Source: a virus
Taxonomy: Duplodnaviria > Caudoviricetes
IMG/VR virus record: IMGVR_UViG_3300027753_000024
Span: 1-48,579 of that record
Reading direction: 5' to 3' (one strand)
Length of the DNA: 48,579 nt
Positions 20,204 to 32,200 of the stretch are shown piece after piece. The notes beneath the pieces are model-generated. The model was not told where the DNA came from. It did no database searches and saw only the letters and a list, made by a program, of their open reading frames with translations. Every line of letters starts with the position of its first letter. Within the stretch, counting starts at the first letter, position 1. The position numbers and the translations under genes were made by a program.

Positions 20204-20468
20204 ATTACCAAAGCAACAGTCAGAGCTTATTGTAATAATAGGTATAATGACAGCAATCCGTGAATTAACTCATTGCTATAAAGAAGATACTAGTTACACG
20301 AACAAGTATATATTAAATAACTCAGAAAAAGCTTTAAATCAAATGTTTAAGCATTTTGATAAGACGGAATTAAATAAAGATCCTTCTATAGATATTATTG
20401 TAGATAAATTTATAAACTTGGCTACAGATATAAAAGAAGAGATTGAAGACATACTAGAAAATAATTAA
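20193..20468 (+). CDS. Hypothetical protein
   Basis: 91-aa helical ORF. Confidence 0.65.
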   Translation: MKSELPKQQSELIVIIGIMTAIRELTHCYKEDTSYTNKYILNNSEKALNQMFKHFDKTELNKDPSIDIIVDKFINLATDIKEEIEDILENN

Positions 20469-20471
20469 AAG

Positions 20472-20909
20472 ATGGCAAAATTTACTACGTTAATTAATAC
20501 TCGGACTAAAGAGTACATTAATATAATTGGAAACGAAAAGGAATCTCAAGTAGTCATATCAGACACTCCTATATTTGTGAGTCCTGATACTGTTATCTCA
20601 GATTTAATAATAAAATATCCTAATATAAATGTGACGGATGTAGGTATTATAGATATAGAGATAGAAAGAAAAGGGTATACTAAGCCTGCAGGTATTATGG
20701 ACAATAAAAGAGCTATTTTTAAATTCTCTAGTAGAATGGAAGACTGCCCTCTTTGTAATACTAGATTAGAAGAAGACGCTGCGTTAGTTATGCTTGCAGA
20801 TACTACAGAGGACAATATAGCCACAGGAGCTCCTGTACATGTAGACTGTCTTATTAGAAACTCTGTTTATTATAAAGAGGATAAGTTAATAGCAGCCAAA
20901 ATAAAATAG
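20472..20909 (+). CDS. Hypothetical protein with C-terminal Zn finger
   Basis: CPLC...HVDC motif. Confidence 0.7.
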   Translation: MAKFTTLINTRTKEYINIIGNEKESQVVISDTPIFVSPDTVISDLIIKYPNINVTDVGIIDIEIERKGYTKPAGIMDNKRAIFKFSSRMEDCPLCNTRLEEDAALVMLADTTEDNIATGAPVHVDCLIRNSVYYKEDKLIAAKIK

Positions 20910-20913
20910 TGTG

Positions 20914-20921
20914 TATATTTG
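20914..20921 (+). promoter_or_regulatory. Bacteroidota -7 promoter element (TATATTTG)
   Basis: TAnnTTTG in an 18-nt intergenic gap, 6 nt before ATG 20928. Confidence 0.5.
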
Positions 20922-20927
20922 ATAGCT

Positions 20928-21071
20928 ATGCCTAATTTTTTAGTAGAAATAGGATTTTATCCTGGAGTATTGATTGGAGTAAGAACTTATATCCAGAAAT
21001 CATTTACTCAGTATGTTATATATTTTCCTTTTATAGACATCTGTATTACAGTAGAAAATTCTAATAATTAA
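20928..21071 (+). CDS. 47-aa hydrophobic microprotein
   Basis: MPNFLVEIGFYPGVLIGVRTY...YVIYFPFIDICITV...*. Confidence 0.65.
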   Translation: MPNFLVEIGFYPGVLIGVRTYIQKSFTQYVIYFPFIDICITVENSNN

Positions 21072-21074
21072 TCA

Positions 21075-21200
21075 ATGAGCCCAGATGAATATGAAGAGTA
21101 TACTCAAGCTATACAAGTTTGGAGATCTTTTTACGGAAATAAAACGGTAAGCGTAGAAGAACTACTTGAATTTTATAAAAGTCAACACAATAAATTATGA
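21075..21200 (+). CDS. 41-aa microprotein
   Basis: MSPDEYEEYTQAIQVWRSFY...HNKL*, with ATGA overlap into the next ORF. Confidence 0.6.
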   Translation: MSPDEYEEYTQAIQVWRSFYGNKTVSVEELLEFYKSQHNKL

Positions 21201-21328
21201 AAGCATTTAAGAAACACATGATGTACGATCCTAAGACAGGCAAAGGCTATAAAGCAGAAAAGCCAGCAGATCATGATCGAATGAAGAAAAAAGGGTATAC
21301 TCATACTGCTCCTAAGAAAAAGAAATAG
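21197..21328 (+). CDS. 43-aa basic microprotein (HMMYDPKTG motif)
   Basis: MKAFKKHMMYDPKTGKGYKAEKPADHDRMKKKGYTHTAPKKKK*. Confidence 0.7.
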   Translation: MKAFKKHMMYDPKTGKGYKAEKPADHDRMKKKGYTHTAPKKKK

Positions 21329-21340
21329 TATTTACTAATC

Positions 21341-21451
21341 ATGCATAAACAAGCTGATAAAAAACCTAAGGTATTTAAAACCTTAGAATCGCTTAGTATT
21401 CTTCTTGAAAAAAAGAAGACCAAACCAAAAGAAAAGAAAGAGGGGCTTTGA
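21341..21451 (+). CDS. 36-aa lysine-rich microprotein
   Basis: MHKQADKKPKVFKTLESLSILLEKKKTKPKEKKEGL*; the stop lies within the terminator. Confidence 0.4.
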   Translation: MHKQADKKPKVFKTLESLSILLEKKKTKPKEKKEGL

Positions 21452-21462
21452 CCCCCCTTTTT
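21428..21462. terminator. Bidirectional intrinsic terminator between the convergent blocks
   Basis: Minus strand reads GGGGGGU-CAAA-GCCCCUC then UUUCUUUUCUUUU; the plus-strand hairpin is weaker and followed by TTTTT. Confidence 0.75.
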
Positions 21463-21482
21463 AACCTTTGAAGTTTTTATCT

Positions 21483-24400
21483 TTAGTCCTCTGAAAATAA
21501 GGAAGAAGAGATTCCGTAAATAGGATTAAGGCCTTTTTCAAGTACCATAGATTCTAAGTAACTATTCTTTATTTGGGGGGAACCTAGCTCATATAAGTTT
21601 TTAGCATATACTGAGCGTATTAATTGTTTCTCGAATCTAGTCATTCCTTTATATTGACCTCTCTCTAAGTCATCCCAATTAAGCATCCATTGTAAATCTG
21701 AAAATGATTCTACAACATTAATACCTGCGGCAGGAGATTTAAGTACTTCCAGTAATGTAAAAGGAGACCAGAAAGCTCTTTGCTCTAGTAATACCCTTGA
21801 AGTTTGATAGGCGCTGTACTGTAACCACCACATATCATCATCATCTTCTGAGGCTATTGCATTTACTGCAGCTCCTAGTATACTTAATACACTTAATACA
21901 CCAAGGTCTGCTGATACCCTTAAAATATTAATCTTTTGATAGTCTTTTAGCTTTCCCCAAAATGCCTTTATCAGAGCAGGATTTCCTTGTGCAGCTGCCT
22001 TAATTGCCGATTTTAATGCTTTATCTGTAAGCAGGCTTCCAATAGTCCTGTAAGTACCTTCTTCTGTTAATCCAGTTAAAGGGGATATACCCCTTCTGTG
22101 AAATCTATACTCTATTCCATTAATTAACCATCCTCTGTGCATACCTCCAAAACGAGACAAAGCATTACGATTAAAGGTATTTCTATCTAAACTACCTTGT
22201 TCTCCTTTTAATCTAGGAGAAAGCTCTGCTACTATATCTCTAAATCTAAATAGATCTTTTTTATCTACTCCTGATACAACTCCGTCTTTGATTTTTATCT
22301 TATTATATAAAGAGTTGGTTCTATTAGCTTTCCATATTGCTTCAGTAGCTCCTTTTTGCGCTAGGTATTCTTCTTTCAAGTAAAGCTTGCCATCAATATA
22401 TCTTAAGTTATCAGCTATTGCTATTGTTAAGGTAGCTTGACGAGTGCCGTCTAAAACTGAGTAAGGAGCATACGCCAAATCATCTAAGGTTATCCTTGCT
22501 CCTTTTGCTTTAAACCTTAATAATTCAGCCTCATTATCAAACCCAGTTCCCACATACTTCATTACAAGGGAAAGCTTATTTGTTTTAAGCCTCTTCCCTA
22601 CATCATTCATAATGCCTGGTAAATTCTTTACTGCTTCTGCCTGAGAATATCCTATAGAGTCTTTTGCTATTAGCCTACCTCCTATGCGCTCTATTGCCTG
22701 ATCTATGTTACCTTTTATAAAACCAGCTAGTGCAATGGGTACACCAAATGCAAGATTACTTTTTAGAATAAAACTGTATAAACCCTTTAAGATTTTATCA
22801 ACTTGTACTTCTTTTCCTGCAATCTTTACACTCATTGATTTTTCAGACTCCCCAAATAAGTAAATATCTAAGAAGTTTTCTAACAGCGCATAAGTTTCAG
22901 TAGCCTCTCCAGTTACATCTGATTTATTTCCTTTCTTAGTTTTAAATTCTTGTCTAGCTACTGCTCTTTGTAATGCTTCTAGCTCTGGACGAGAGTTTAC
23001 TGATTCCTTGTACCCAGTAGACATTTTTGCAAACTTTATCATACTTGCAGTCAAGTCCTTACTCAGTATTTTAGGATCTATTTTATTAGTGTAGTATACA
23101 GGTATAAACTTATTTTTTGTGCCTCTGTAATTAGTAGCCTCTGCGCCATAGGTATCATCATCCCCGTATCTTAAAACACCTTGCTTTGCTTTTTCCTTCA
23201 AGCTATTGTACCTACCATCCCTCACTAACTCTGCTTTTGAAGCTCCTACTTGGGGCATCATAAACTTTTTATCTCCTGTTCTTTGTCTGAAAGGAAGATT
23301 CTCTTTATAAGTAGCCATAGTATTTATGTACTCCTTATAATAAGCGTTATCTTTTATGCTATTGTAAGTTTTGTTTAGTAGGATATCACTTAGTCCCTCT
23401 TCTGTGTTATCTATTATCTCAATCTTATACTTAGTTTGAGATCCTTCCTTTTCTCCTACTTCTACAACTTTTCCAAATTTTCTAGAAGGGTAATTTTTTT
23501 CAGTATAAAAATTTACTTTGTCTCCTACTTTAAAATTTTTACTATTAGACTTAGTAATTGTAGTACCTACATAGGTTCTTTCTAAAGTCTCTATTTCTTC
23601 TTTACTTAAGTTTCTTATAGTTTTATATCCACTAGTATCATAGTACTTTTTACTAAAGTCTCTCCAAACTTTGCTATACTTATTAAGCATAGCCTTTTCT
23701 TCATTAGATTGTTCAGATTCTTCTTTTTCTTTAATTAGTTCAATTTTAAGTCTAAGATCGTTGTAATCAGTAATTCCATCAGAAGCGAACGTTTTTACTA
23801 AAGATTCTAATACCTCTTCGCGGGCTTGTTGAAGTTTTCCTTGATTATACTTAGATACAACATTACCTGTAAGATTTCCTTTAGAATCTTTTTCAAACAT
23901 ACTGTCAAAATTAAAACCTGCTCTTTCTGATTCTTCGTAAAGTCTTTGAAGTTTAGCTTCTACCTCTTCTCCTACACTGTTCTTTTCATTATCAGTTCTT
24001 TTAAGTATTTTATAAGCTGCTAATAATAATTTATTATCGGTTTTTCTAAGACTCCTTATAGCGCTAGTGTAGCTAAGTAAATCTGTTCCAGCTTCTGCTT
24101 TTAAAATTTTTACTATATCTCCTGGTTCATAATACTCTAGTTCACTACTAAGTATTTGATCATATGCATGTAAATCTAAGTCTTTATATATATTAGATAA
24201 ATTCCCTATAGACCTAGTTGCATTAGTTATAAGACTATTTAATTCAGCGAGTTCTTCCTCTGATAAATTAGTTTCTTCACTGCCTACTATTCTCTGTAGG
24301 TTAAGTCCTAACTCAGCAATCATGTCTTCGTGAGCGCCAAGAAACTTAACTCCTGTGTTAATTTTATCAATATCTAAACTGCCGCCATTTGATTTCATAG

Positions 24401-26243
24401 ACTCAGAGTCTTTACTAAACTCCTCTATTACTCCATCTAAATATTGCATGTAATTTAACAGTCCTTTTGCAGTCTGTTTATCAGCAAGGTTTTTTATTAT
24501 TTCATCTCTTTTTTGCTCTAATCGTCTTCCTTGTAAATCAGTCTTAGCGCCTCTTCCTATACTTTCATTTATTACTCTAACTTGATTGTTAAGGTCCGCA
24601 ATGATATCGTCTCCTAGTTTTTCTTTAAAAGCCTCAAGGCTAGCTTTCTCTAAATTAAAAAACACACTTGAAGGATTATTATATGGATCGCTAACTTCTT
24701 CTAATCGTTCCCCTGATCTTATCTTAGTGGCCAGTGCCCCCATTGTTTCTCTTACTCTACTCTGTAAGTAGAAAGAATTAGGAGTTCCAAACAGCGCAGT
24801 AATCTTATCCCATATCCTCATTATTAAAGATCTAGTACTACTTGGCGCATTAGAAGGATCTTTAAGTAATTCTTTAGTGAGAATCTTACCTAATATTTCT
24901 ATCTTAGAATGAGCATCAGCCTCTGAGTCATCTAGCCCTAGTTCTCTTTTATATGCTTCAAAGTAAGTAGCGTAGTCTTGCTTGTATTCCTCTGTTTCTT
25001 CTATTACTTTTAGTAAGGGGGCAACTAACTCGTGATTTAGTCCTAGCATTGCAATAGCAATGTGTCCTATTTCTTCCCCTAATACTTCTACTTGCTCAGG
25101 TAATGTCATAGAGGAGTCAATGCCCACTATCTTATTCATGGCGTCTGCTACACCTGCTACACCTGCAGCATCACTTTTAATTCGTCCTTGTTTCTTGAGT
25201 ACGTTTATTACTTCTGATAATCCTTCTACTCTTATGCCATTTATTTCTGCAAATTGTGTAAGAATCTCTTGAAGCTGCTCTGCCTTTTTTAAAGTCATCT
25301 TAGGGGCGTTTGCCGCTTCTCTTGCCCTTTCTGCCACTCTTATACCTTGAAGCCTGCTAAGAGCCTCTTTTGTTACTCTAGTCTCATAAGCTCCAGTAGT
25401 TTCATCATTAGCCTTATCTAAAGATTCATGGGCTTTTTCATGTAGTAAAGCAAAAGTCAAGAACTCTTCAAATGATTTAAATATATCTTCTGGTAATGCG
25501 ACTGCTCTACTGCCATCTGCTAAAGGTGCAGGGGTAGTCCAAGATTTATCCTCATACTTCTTTCTCATTTGGGCAGCCACTACTTGAATTTTCTCCCCTT
25601 TATTTACATTACGCATTGCTACCTTAATGCCCCTAGTAGAAGGTATCTCATCTAAGAACTCTATCATAGTCCCTTCAAACTGAAGACTATTTTTTATGTC
25701 GCTCATAGAGAGCATAGACTTTACCTGAGTCCCTGTAACATTAAAGAATAACTTAGTCTGCTCAAACTTATCAGGGAACTTTATATAGTATACAGGTCTA
25801 TTTGTCTTAGGGTCTGCCTTTGGAGCTTTATGTATTTCAACTCCGTCTAAATTATTATACTTTCTTTTTAGTGCATTTAAAGCATTAAGAGTATCTGTAT
25901 ATGAATTAGGGTTTTTAGTAATGTATAATCTCTTAATACCATCTTTTCCAGTAGCAAACCTAACTGCATTATACCTTAAGGTTTTATTTCTTTGGATTAA
26001 TAGTTTTTTTACATCATCAGATGACAACTGATCGTTTGTAGTATTTGCAGTATTAATTATTTTAAAAGGATCTGTAACCCCTATTAAAACCTCAGCTACA
26101 GTAGGAAGATCTTCTATAGACTTTTTATTCCTAGACTGCCATGCAACTATTCTATGTTGTAATACAGTAGCAGAGCCATTAAAGTTTCTTAGTAGGTTTC
26201 TAAACTCAACACTACTTTTATTTATGCATCCTTTCTTAGCCAT
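21483..26243 (-). CDS. Large internal virion (cargo) protein with zincin-like motifs, vRNAP partner
   Basis: 1586 aa directly downstream of and overlapping the vRNAP gene; HEKAH and degenerate EEIGH motifs; helical C-terminal half with a hydrophobic segment. Confidence 0.8.
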   Translation of the reverse strand: MAKKGCINKSSVEFRNLLRNFNGSATVLQHRIVAWQSRNKKSIEDLPTVAEVLIGVTDPFKIINTANTTNDQLSSDDVKKLLIQRNKTLRYNAVRFATGKDGIKRLYITKNPNSYTDTLNALNALKRKYNNLDGVEIHKAPKADPKTNRPVYYIKFPDKFEQTKLFFNVTGTQVKSMLSMSDIKNSLQFEGTMIEFLDEIPSTRGIKVAMRNVNKGEKIQVVAAQMRKKYEDKSWTTPAPLADGSRAVALPEDIFKSFEEFLTFALLHEKAHESLDKANDETTGAYETRVTKEALSRLQGIRVAERAREAANAPKMTLKKAEQLQEILTQFAEINGIRVEGLSEVINVLKKQGRIKSDAAGVAGVADAMNKIVGIDSSMTLPEQVEVLGEEIGHIAIAMLGLNHELVAPLLKVIEETEEYKQDYATYFEAYKRELGLDDSEADAHSKIEILGKILTKELLKDPSNAPSSTRSLIMRIWDKITALFGTPNSFYLQSRVRETMGALATKIRSGERLEEVSDPYNNPSSVFFNLEKASLEAFKEKLGDDIIADLNNQVRVINESIGRGAKTDLQGRRLEQKRDEIIKNLADKQTAKGLLNYMQYLDGVIEEFSKDSESMKSNGGSLDIDKINTGVKFLGAHEDMIAELGLNLQRIVGSEETNLSEEELAELNSLITNATRSIGNLSNIYKDLDLHAYDQILSSELEYYEPGDIVKILKAEAGTDLLSYTSAIRSLRKTDNKLLLAAYKILKRTDNEKNSVGEEVEAKLQRLYEESERAGFNFDSMFEKDSKGNLTGNVVSKYNQGKLQQAREEVLESLVKTFASDGITDYNDLRLKIELIKEKEESEQSNEEKAMLNKYSKVWRDFSKKYYDTSGYKTIRNLSKEEIETLERTYVGTTITKSNSKNFKVGDKVNFYTEKNYPSRKFGKVVEVGEKEGSQTKYKIEIIDNTEEGLSDILLNKTYNSIKDNAYYKEYINTMATYKENLPFRQRTGDKKFMMPQVGASKAELVRDGRYNSLKEKAKQGVLRYGDDDTYGAEATNYRGTKNKFIPVYYTNKIDPKILSKDLTASMIKFAKMSTGYKESVNSRPELEALQRAVARQEFKTKKGNKSDVTGEATETYALLENFLDIYLFGESEKSMSVKIAGKEVQVDKILKGLYSFILKSNLAFGVPIALAGFIKGNIDQAIERIGGRLIAKDSIGYSQAEAVKNLPGIMNDVGKRLKTNKLSLVMKYVGTGFDNEAELLRFKAKGARITLDDLAYAPYSVLDGTRQATLTIAIADNLRYIDGKLYLKEEYLAQKGATEAIWKANRTNSLYNKIKIKDGVVSGVDKKDLFRFRDIVAELSPRLKGEQGSLDRNTFNRNALSRFGGMHRGWLINGIEYRFHRRGISPLTGLTEEGTYRTIGSLLTDKALKSAIKAAAQGNPALIKAFWGKLKDYQKINILRVSADLGVLSVLSILGAAVNAIASEDDDDMWWLQYSAYQTSRVLLEQRAFWSPFTLLEVLKSPAAGINVVESFSDLQWMLNWDDLERGQYKGMTRFEKQLIRSVYAKNLYELGSPQIKNSYLESMVLEKGLNPIYGISSSLFSED

Positions 26244-29200
26244 CGCATTTTTTTATATCATCCATAACAGCTTTTTGCTCTTCAAGAGGTAGTTTATTCC
26301 ACTCTTCCCGACTAAAAGCTTGAGCCTTTGTAGTACTTGACTCAACTGCTTTAAAGTATTCTTCAAAGGTAGTCTTTTTAGCAACTGTATTTTCTTGTAC
26401 TGGGAATTCAAAGGGGGTTCCTATATCTTCTGCGGAAGGCTCACCTTTTTCAGTAGTTCCTATAAGCGGTTCAAACTTATTAAGAGGCTCCTCTGTAAGT
26501 TTTCTTTTACCTTCAGGAAGTTCAAGCGATTCTTCTGCAGGGGTATAGTCTTGTCTGTAGAACTTAGTTCCTAAAGAGGACACTTCTATATAAGTTATCT
26601 TATTATCCTCCCCCTCATCTAAAGCAAACAGCCTATCTCCTTCTTTATCTCTTTTTATTAAAAAGTCTACAGCGTTTCCTATAGTATTTTTATAATAAGA
26701 AGGAACTTCCCCATTTACTTTTTTTATAACCAATGTTCCATCTTCTTCTTTGGCAGCCTCGTCTGCTTTTAGTAAGAAGCTGTTGTCTTCTTTAAATACG
26801 TTCCTTACATAGAAAGACATAAAGTTATCGAACGGTACATCTACATTATTTAAAAGAGATTCTAATCTTCCTTCTATACTTTGTTCAGATCCAAAAGTTT
26901 CATTAAAAGCATCAGGGTGAATTAAATTTATAATGCTAAAAGGACTAGGAGTATATCCTGTAGTCTTTAAGGCATAAGCTAAAAGATTACGGGCAAAGCC
27001 TGCATTCTCTTCGTTACTCATCATCGCTTTCCACTCTTCGTGGGCAAGGTTTATTTGGTCTTTGCTAATTGCACTTCTATTTACTACAATCCTGTCTTCT
27101 TCTAAACTAGGATCAACTTTCTGAGTTTCTAACCTTAAGGCGCTAATCAAAGTAGGGTAAGACGCAGCGTAGTCTCTTTTAAATTCTATAAAAGCTTTAT
27201 GAACGCTTTTCATAACTACTTCAGTAGAAAATCTTGCTAGCCCATCATGATTAGCTATATGATAAGTCTCAGCATGCTTAAACATATTTGAGATAACCCT
27301 ATCATTTAAAAATGCATCAGCAGGCACTGTTTCTAAAAACTTTGTTACTAGTCCTTCAAATGATTCATTAAAGTAAGGGAAAAACTTTGCGTAGGCCTCT
27401 CTTACAGGATCATGAGCATTTTCTTTATACATTTTAAGAATACCATCTTCACTAAAGAATTTTCCAGTGCCTTGTATTGAAGTAAAGTTGTCTTCTGTTA
27501 CTTTCTCTACCATTTTGTTTTGAAGCATTACCCCTGCAGCACTTGTAGAAGCAGCTGAGGCATCTAACTTAGTACCTCTTATTACTGTAGAAAGATCTGC
27601 TCCAACTTCAGATAACTTAATAAAAGTATTTAAAAGTTCTTCTTTTTCTATACTTGTGTTATTTTTAAACGTAAACCCACCTTGACGTGTACTATCAAAT
27701 AAATCCTCTAAATTTAGGTTAGTATAGCCTCCAGAAGATTCTGATCCTTCTTTTCTCTCGCCTTGTAGCTCAGTAAGTGCTTTTTGAGCTTCTACTAAAA
27801 AGGGTTTACCTGTCGTTTTACTAGAATTATATAACTTTATTGCTAAAGGAGTAGAAAATAATGCAACAGTGTAGTCTATAGGAAGTCCTAGTCTTATAGC
27901 TGCCATGTAAGCATCTGCAGTATTTATATTTAAGTTAATAAATGCAGCTAAAGGATCTTTAGTATTGTCTACAATAGCAGTAGCAAATTCTTGTAGCCTA
28001 TAATCTATATCCATGTTATTGCTACTAAGAGACTTATACTCTTGCCCATTAATAGTTATAGGATCCTTAAGCTCTAGTGAAGTAGATTTGGATTTTATAT
28101 TGTTTATTAAATGATTTACTAAAACTCCAATTAGGTTACCTCCTGATTGAATTCTATTATAAAACTCTAACTGAGTACTAGGATTTGCTATGTTATATTT
28201 TTTAGCTTCTTCTTCTTCTATAATCTCTCCTTTTTCTTTTATAGACATACCAGATAGCTCCCCTGCACTTTTAGCTTTATGATCGCTTACATTATTTTTT
28301 AGGTATGCAGTGTAGGCAGCTTCCTTTAAATTTTCAAAATGTCCAGGCCCTATGGACTCTTCACCATGACTTTTTAAATTAGAAGAAATTGCATAGTATA
28401 TAGAAATCAATCCATTTTCTCTTGCTTTTCTAGATTGATTTGGCCCTTTATCTACTTCAAAAGACTCGTCTACTACGACCTTATCTATTTCTTTTTGTGT
28501 AGTGTTATGAGGAGTAAAGACAAACATTTTATCAATGTCAAAGTCAAGACCTGTTCTACTAGTAATCCCTTTAGGTAAAACAATATTTCCTCCTAAGTTG
28601 GCTGGAAGAAATCCTTTGACCTCTATAGCAACTATGGAGTATTTAGATTCTGTAGGAGTACGGAATCCTACTAACTCCAATACTTCAGGATCTACCTTAC
28701 TCATATCTACAGTTCCATCTTCTTTTACAGGGAGATCTAGTAAGTCTTTTGACCAAGCAGGAAGATAGGCTTCCATTGTTAGCTTATTAGCCGTCTCATC
28801 AACTTTATATTCTAAGTTATCTGATAAACCATAAGAAGTAAAGTTTACAAACTGGCCTCCTGGCAACTTTTGCTTAAATACCCTACTCTTAAATAACGCT
28901 GCTACTACAGACTCTGCCTCTTTAGATCCATAACTAGAATATAGCTTAGGTATTATTTCTTTATCAGAAACCTCTATACTATCATTTATACTATTAATAA
29001 TAGCTGTAGGAGCCCCCCTGTTAGTTAATACTTTTACAATCTCTTGTCTAAGTACTTGATAGTCTTCTTCAGAATTATTTATTATGCTTGTTAGTCTTTC
29101 ATTATCTTCTTTAAGGTTAGCCTCTGTAAGTTTATTTAATAAAACTAATAAGTCAGCTCCTTTTACATTTTCTCCTTTTAAATTATAGTTAGCTTCAAGG

Positions 29201-32200
29201 GCTATATTGTTCATCTGATGAACTCTCATCTGAGAACCTATTCTTGCGACATGCTCATACCAGTGTGATGGAGTGTTTTGAGCAAGTAGCATATCCTTTA
29301 GATTAACCTCCATAATCTGGTCAACTCCAGGATTTCCTACTTTAACGGCACTTGAGAAAGCTATTAAATCTGCTTTTTCTTCATTTACATACATTTCATT
29401 GTATGCTTCTGCTAGATTACCAGCATTGCCTCCTAGAACTACTAGCTCAGGAGTAAGTACTTGTATAGAGTTTTTAAGTTGTACGGGAGATGATGTACCT
29501 ATAGATATTCCGTCATCATTCTTAACTTCTCTTTCTGTAAACATAAAAGGCTTAAACCCTTTAAATAAATCTTGATTTTCTTTTGCAGTTAATGGATTTT
29601 TAAATGCAGTGCCTGGTTTCCAATTTTTGGCAGCTTTAAGATATTTACCATAAGCAACTTCTTTATCCGCATCCCACTGTTGTATGGCCTCCATATACTC
29701 CTTGTACTTAGCCATAGAAATAAAGGTCGCTCCATCTGTAGTATTATTCTCAGCTTTTTCTATAAGATCTTGTGTAGTCTTGTCTTTTTTTCCTGCCTTT
29801 TTGAGAGCAACTTTTTCTTCACTACTATTTTCTGCTAAGACATCTGCTTTTACTTTAACTTTTGCAGTTATAGATTCTGCAGGAGAAGTACCATTAGTGT
29901 TGCCTTGTTTTACTCTTTTGAAAAAATCTGCAACTCCTTTGTAGTAAGCAGGCGATTTATGTACTAACTCTGTTATTTGAGTGTTGTGATAAAAGGCGTT
30001 GTAGAAATAGTTTTTAGCAGCTTCTTTTTCTCCTGAAGGTATGAACTTACTGTCCTTTAGACTTCCTAAATCAGTGAACCCAGAAATATTAAATTTCTTT
30101 ACTTCTTGTCCTGTAAGTTCTAAATCGCCCTTCCCATTTAATATCCTAATAGACTCTCCATTGGCTAACTTTATTAATCCTCCTGTATTACTATTTGCAA
30201 ATTCCGTAAAACTTTTTAGAGTTAGTCCTTCCTTTCTACTTTCCCATACTTCTCTTCCGTCGGAGATTCTATCTGTTTGCCCAAATTCTTTTAACTTAGA
30301 TACAAAAGTTTCATATTCTTCTTCTAGATAATTTCTTATAGCATCTTTAATTTGCCCTTCATTTTCTTTAGTTATTTTAAACTTTACGTTATTTAAGAAA
30401 GGGAAGTATTGAAAGTTTTTTCTATTTTTTTCTATGTTTGATATGTTTCTTACTCCTGAGTTGTTTTCATGTGCAAACTCGTCAATTCTTCTTTGCTCTG
30501 CAATTGCTACTTGGGCTAATTTTGTTACTGCACCTTCTGTAGTCTGCTTAGGAAACTGGAGATAGTATAACATTTTACTGTCTGAAGGAATAGGAATAGA
30601 GAATAACCCCATATTGTTTTTCCCAAATTTATTATTAAAGAAAGCATTCATGTTTGCCCTATTAAGCTCTTCGGGTGATATGTCCAGATAAGATCTTTTT
30701 CCTGACTTTTCTGTAGCTGTATTTTCAAGCAGGTAAATGTCTATATCTTTTAAGTCACCCATAATAGGCATGTCTGCTAAATAACCTTTAACATTGTTTT
30801 TAAATTCTTTAGGATTTTTTTGTATAAGAGTTATTAGTTTAGATAAGTAGTTTGATTCTACTAAAGAGTACTTAGGCTTTTTATTAGCTCCAAAAAATAC
30901 AGGTTGTACTTTAAGGTCAGATATTTCTGCGTAGTCTTTAGCAAAATTTTCTAGTGTGGATCTAACGCTTGTTCCTATTTTAGGTAATACAGAAAACGGA
31001 TTTCTTCCATTGCTCATATCAGCGTATATAGAATTAAGCTGTAATAGAGTTCCTTCATTAAAATTAGTTGCTTTTGATTTAAGGCTAGGAAATAAACTAG
31101 AAAAGCCCATAAGTGCATCTAGCCCTTCTCTATTTAAAGGAATAAACGATCTTTCTAAAAGATTTGCTAGTTTATCTAGAATAGGACTTAATGTTTCATC
31201 TGAAGCATCATTGTTACTAAAATCCCTAATTTCTTTTCTTATTTCTGTAAATTCCTCAAGCGCTTCTTTTCCTTTAGCTTCATTGTTTAAGTAAGGATTA
31301 CTATCTACAGTATAAGCAGAAGCAAGAGTATCTCTAACAATTGTTTTTAAAGTCTTTCTATTAGCTAAGTATATCTTTCCTTTATTATCTACGCCAAAAT
31401 ATTTTATAAATTGGTTATCCCCAATGCCTGTCCAAAGAGTAGATTGGATTTCTTTTTCTTGTGCTAATTGTAAAAGCTGAGGTACCCAAGGTTGGTTAAG
31501 TTTTTCAAGCTTCTCTATCATATGCCCAACACTATGTGAGTTAGAAATACTTGACTCTAATGAAGATATAACTGCTTCTCCATCATAGTATTGTACAGTA
31601 CCCATAATAGGGCTATAGGTTTTGTTTCCTTCTTTATCTAACTTAGGAATTGTATGTAGCTTTGTTCTTACAGTACTAGGTATTCTTTGCCTGTTGTCTT
31701 CCTCCATTCTACTTCTAAAGAAGTTATCTTTTTCCTCGGCCTCTTCTGCGCCTTCAAAAGCTTCTTCTATATCTACATTATCTTCTAGAGTTACAATCTC
31801 TTGTATGTTTGGATTTATTACTATTCCATAATCTCTTAAAGAAAATATTGAGTCCGCTAACATAGCAGACATTTTTCCTTTCTTAGAAGTTACTAGTTTA
31901 CCGTCTACCTTTTCAAAAGAAAAATAATTAAGTAAGAAATTGTTTATTTCTACCTTATCAGCCTCTTCGGTAGAATTGTTTCTTTCCTTTATCATATGAT
32001 TGAATATCGTATCATTTAAAAATAAAACGACATCCCCTCTTCTATTTGTTGCAGCTTTTCTAAGAGCTTGTGTACTTGTTAGTCCCTCGTATCCGTCTTG
32101 TGCTTTAACAGTGGCTAATACTCTACTGACTAAATGCCTGTATAAATCTTTGTACTCTTTTACATGAGCATTGCTAATACCTTCTGACTTTACCTCAGAA

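Noticed and set aside
21366-21386. Inverted repeat CTAAGGT...ACCTTAG
   Set aside because: A weak 7-bp stem with no U-tract, compatible with chance.
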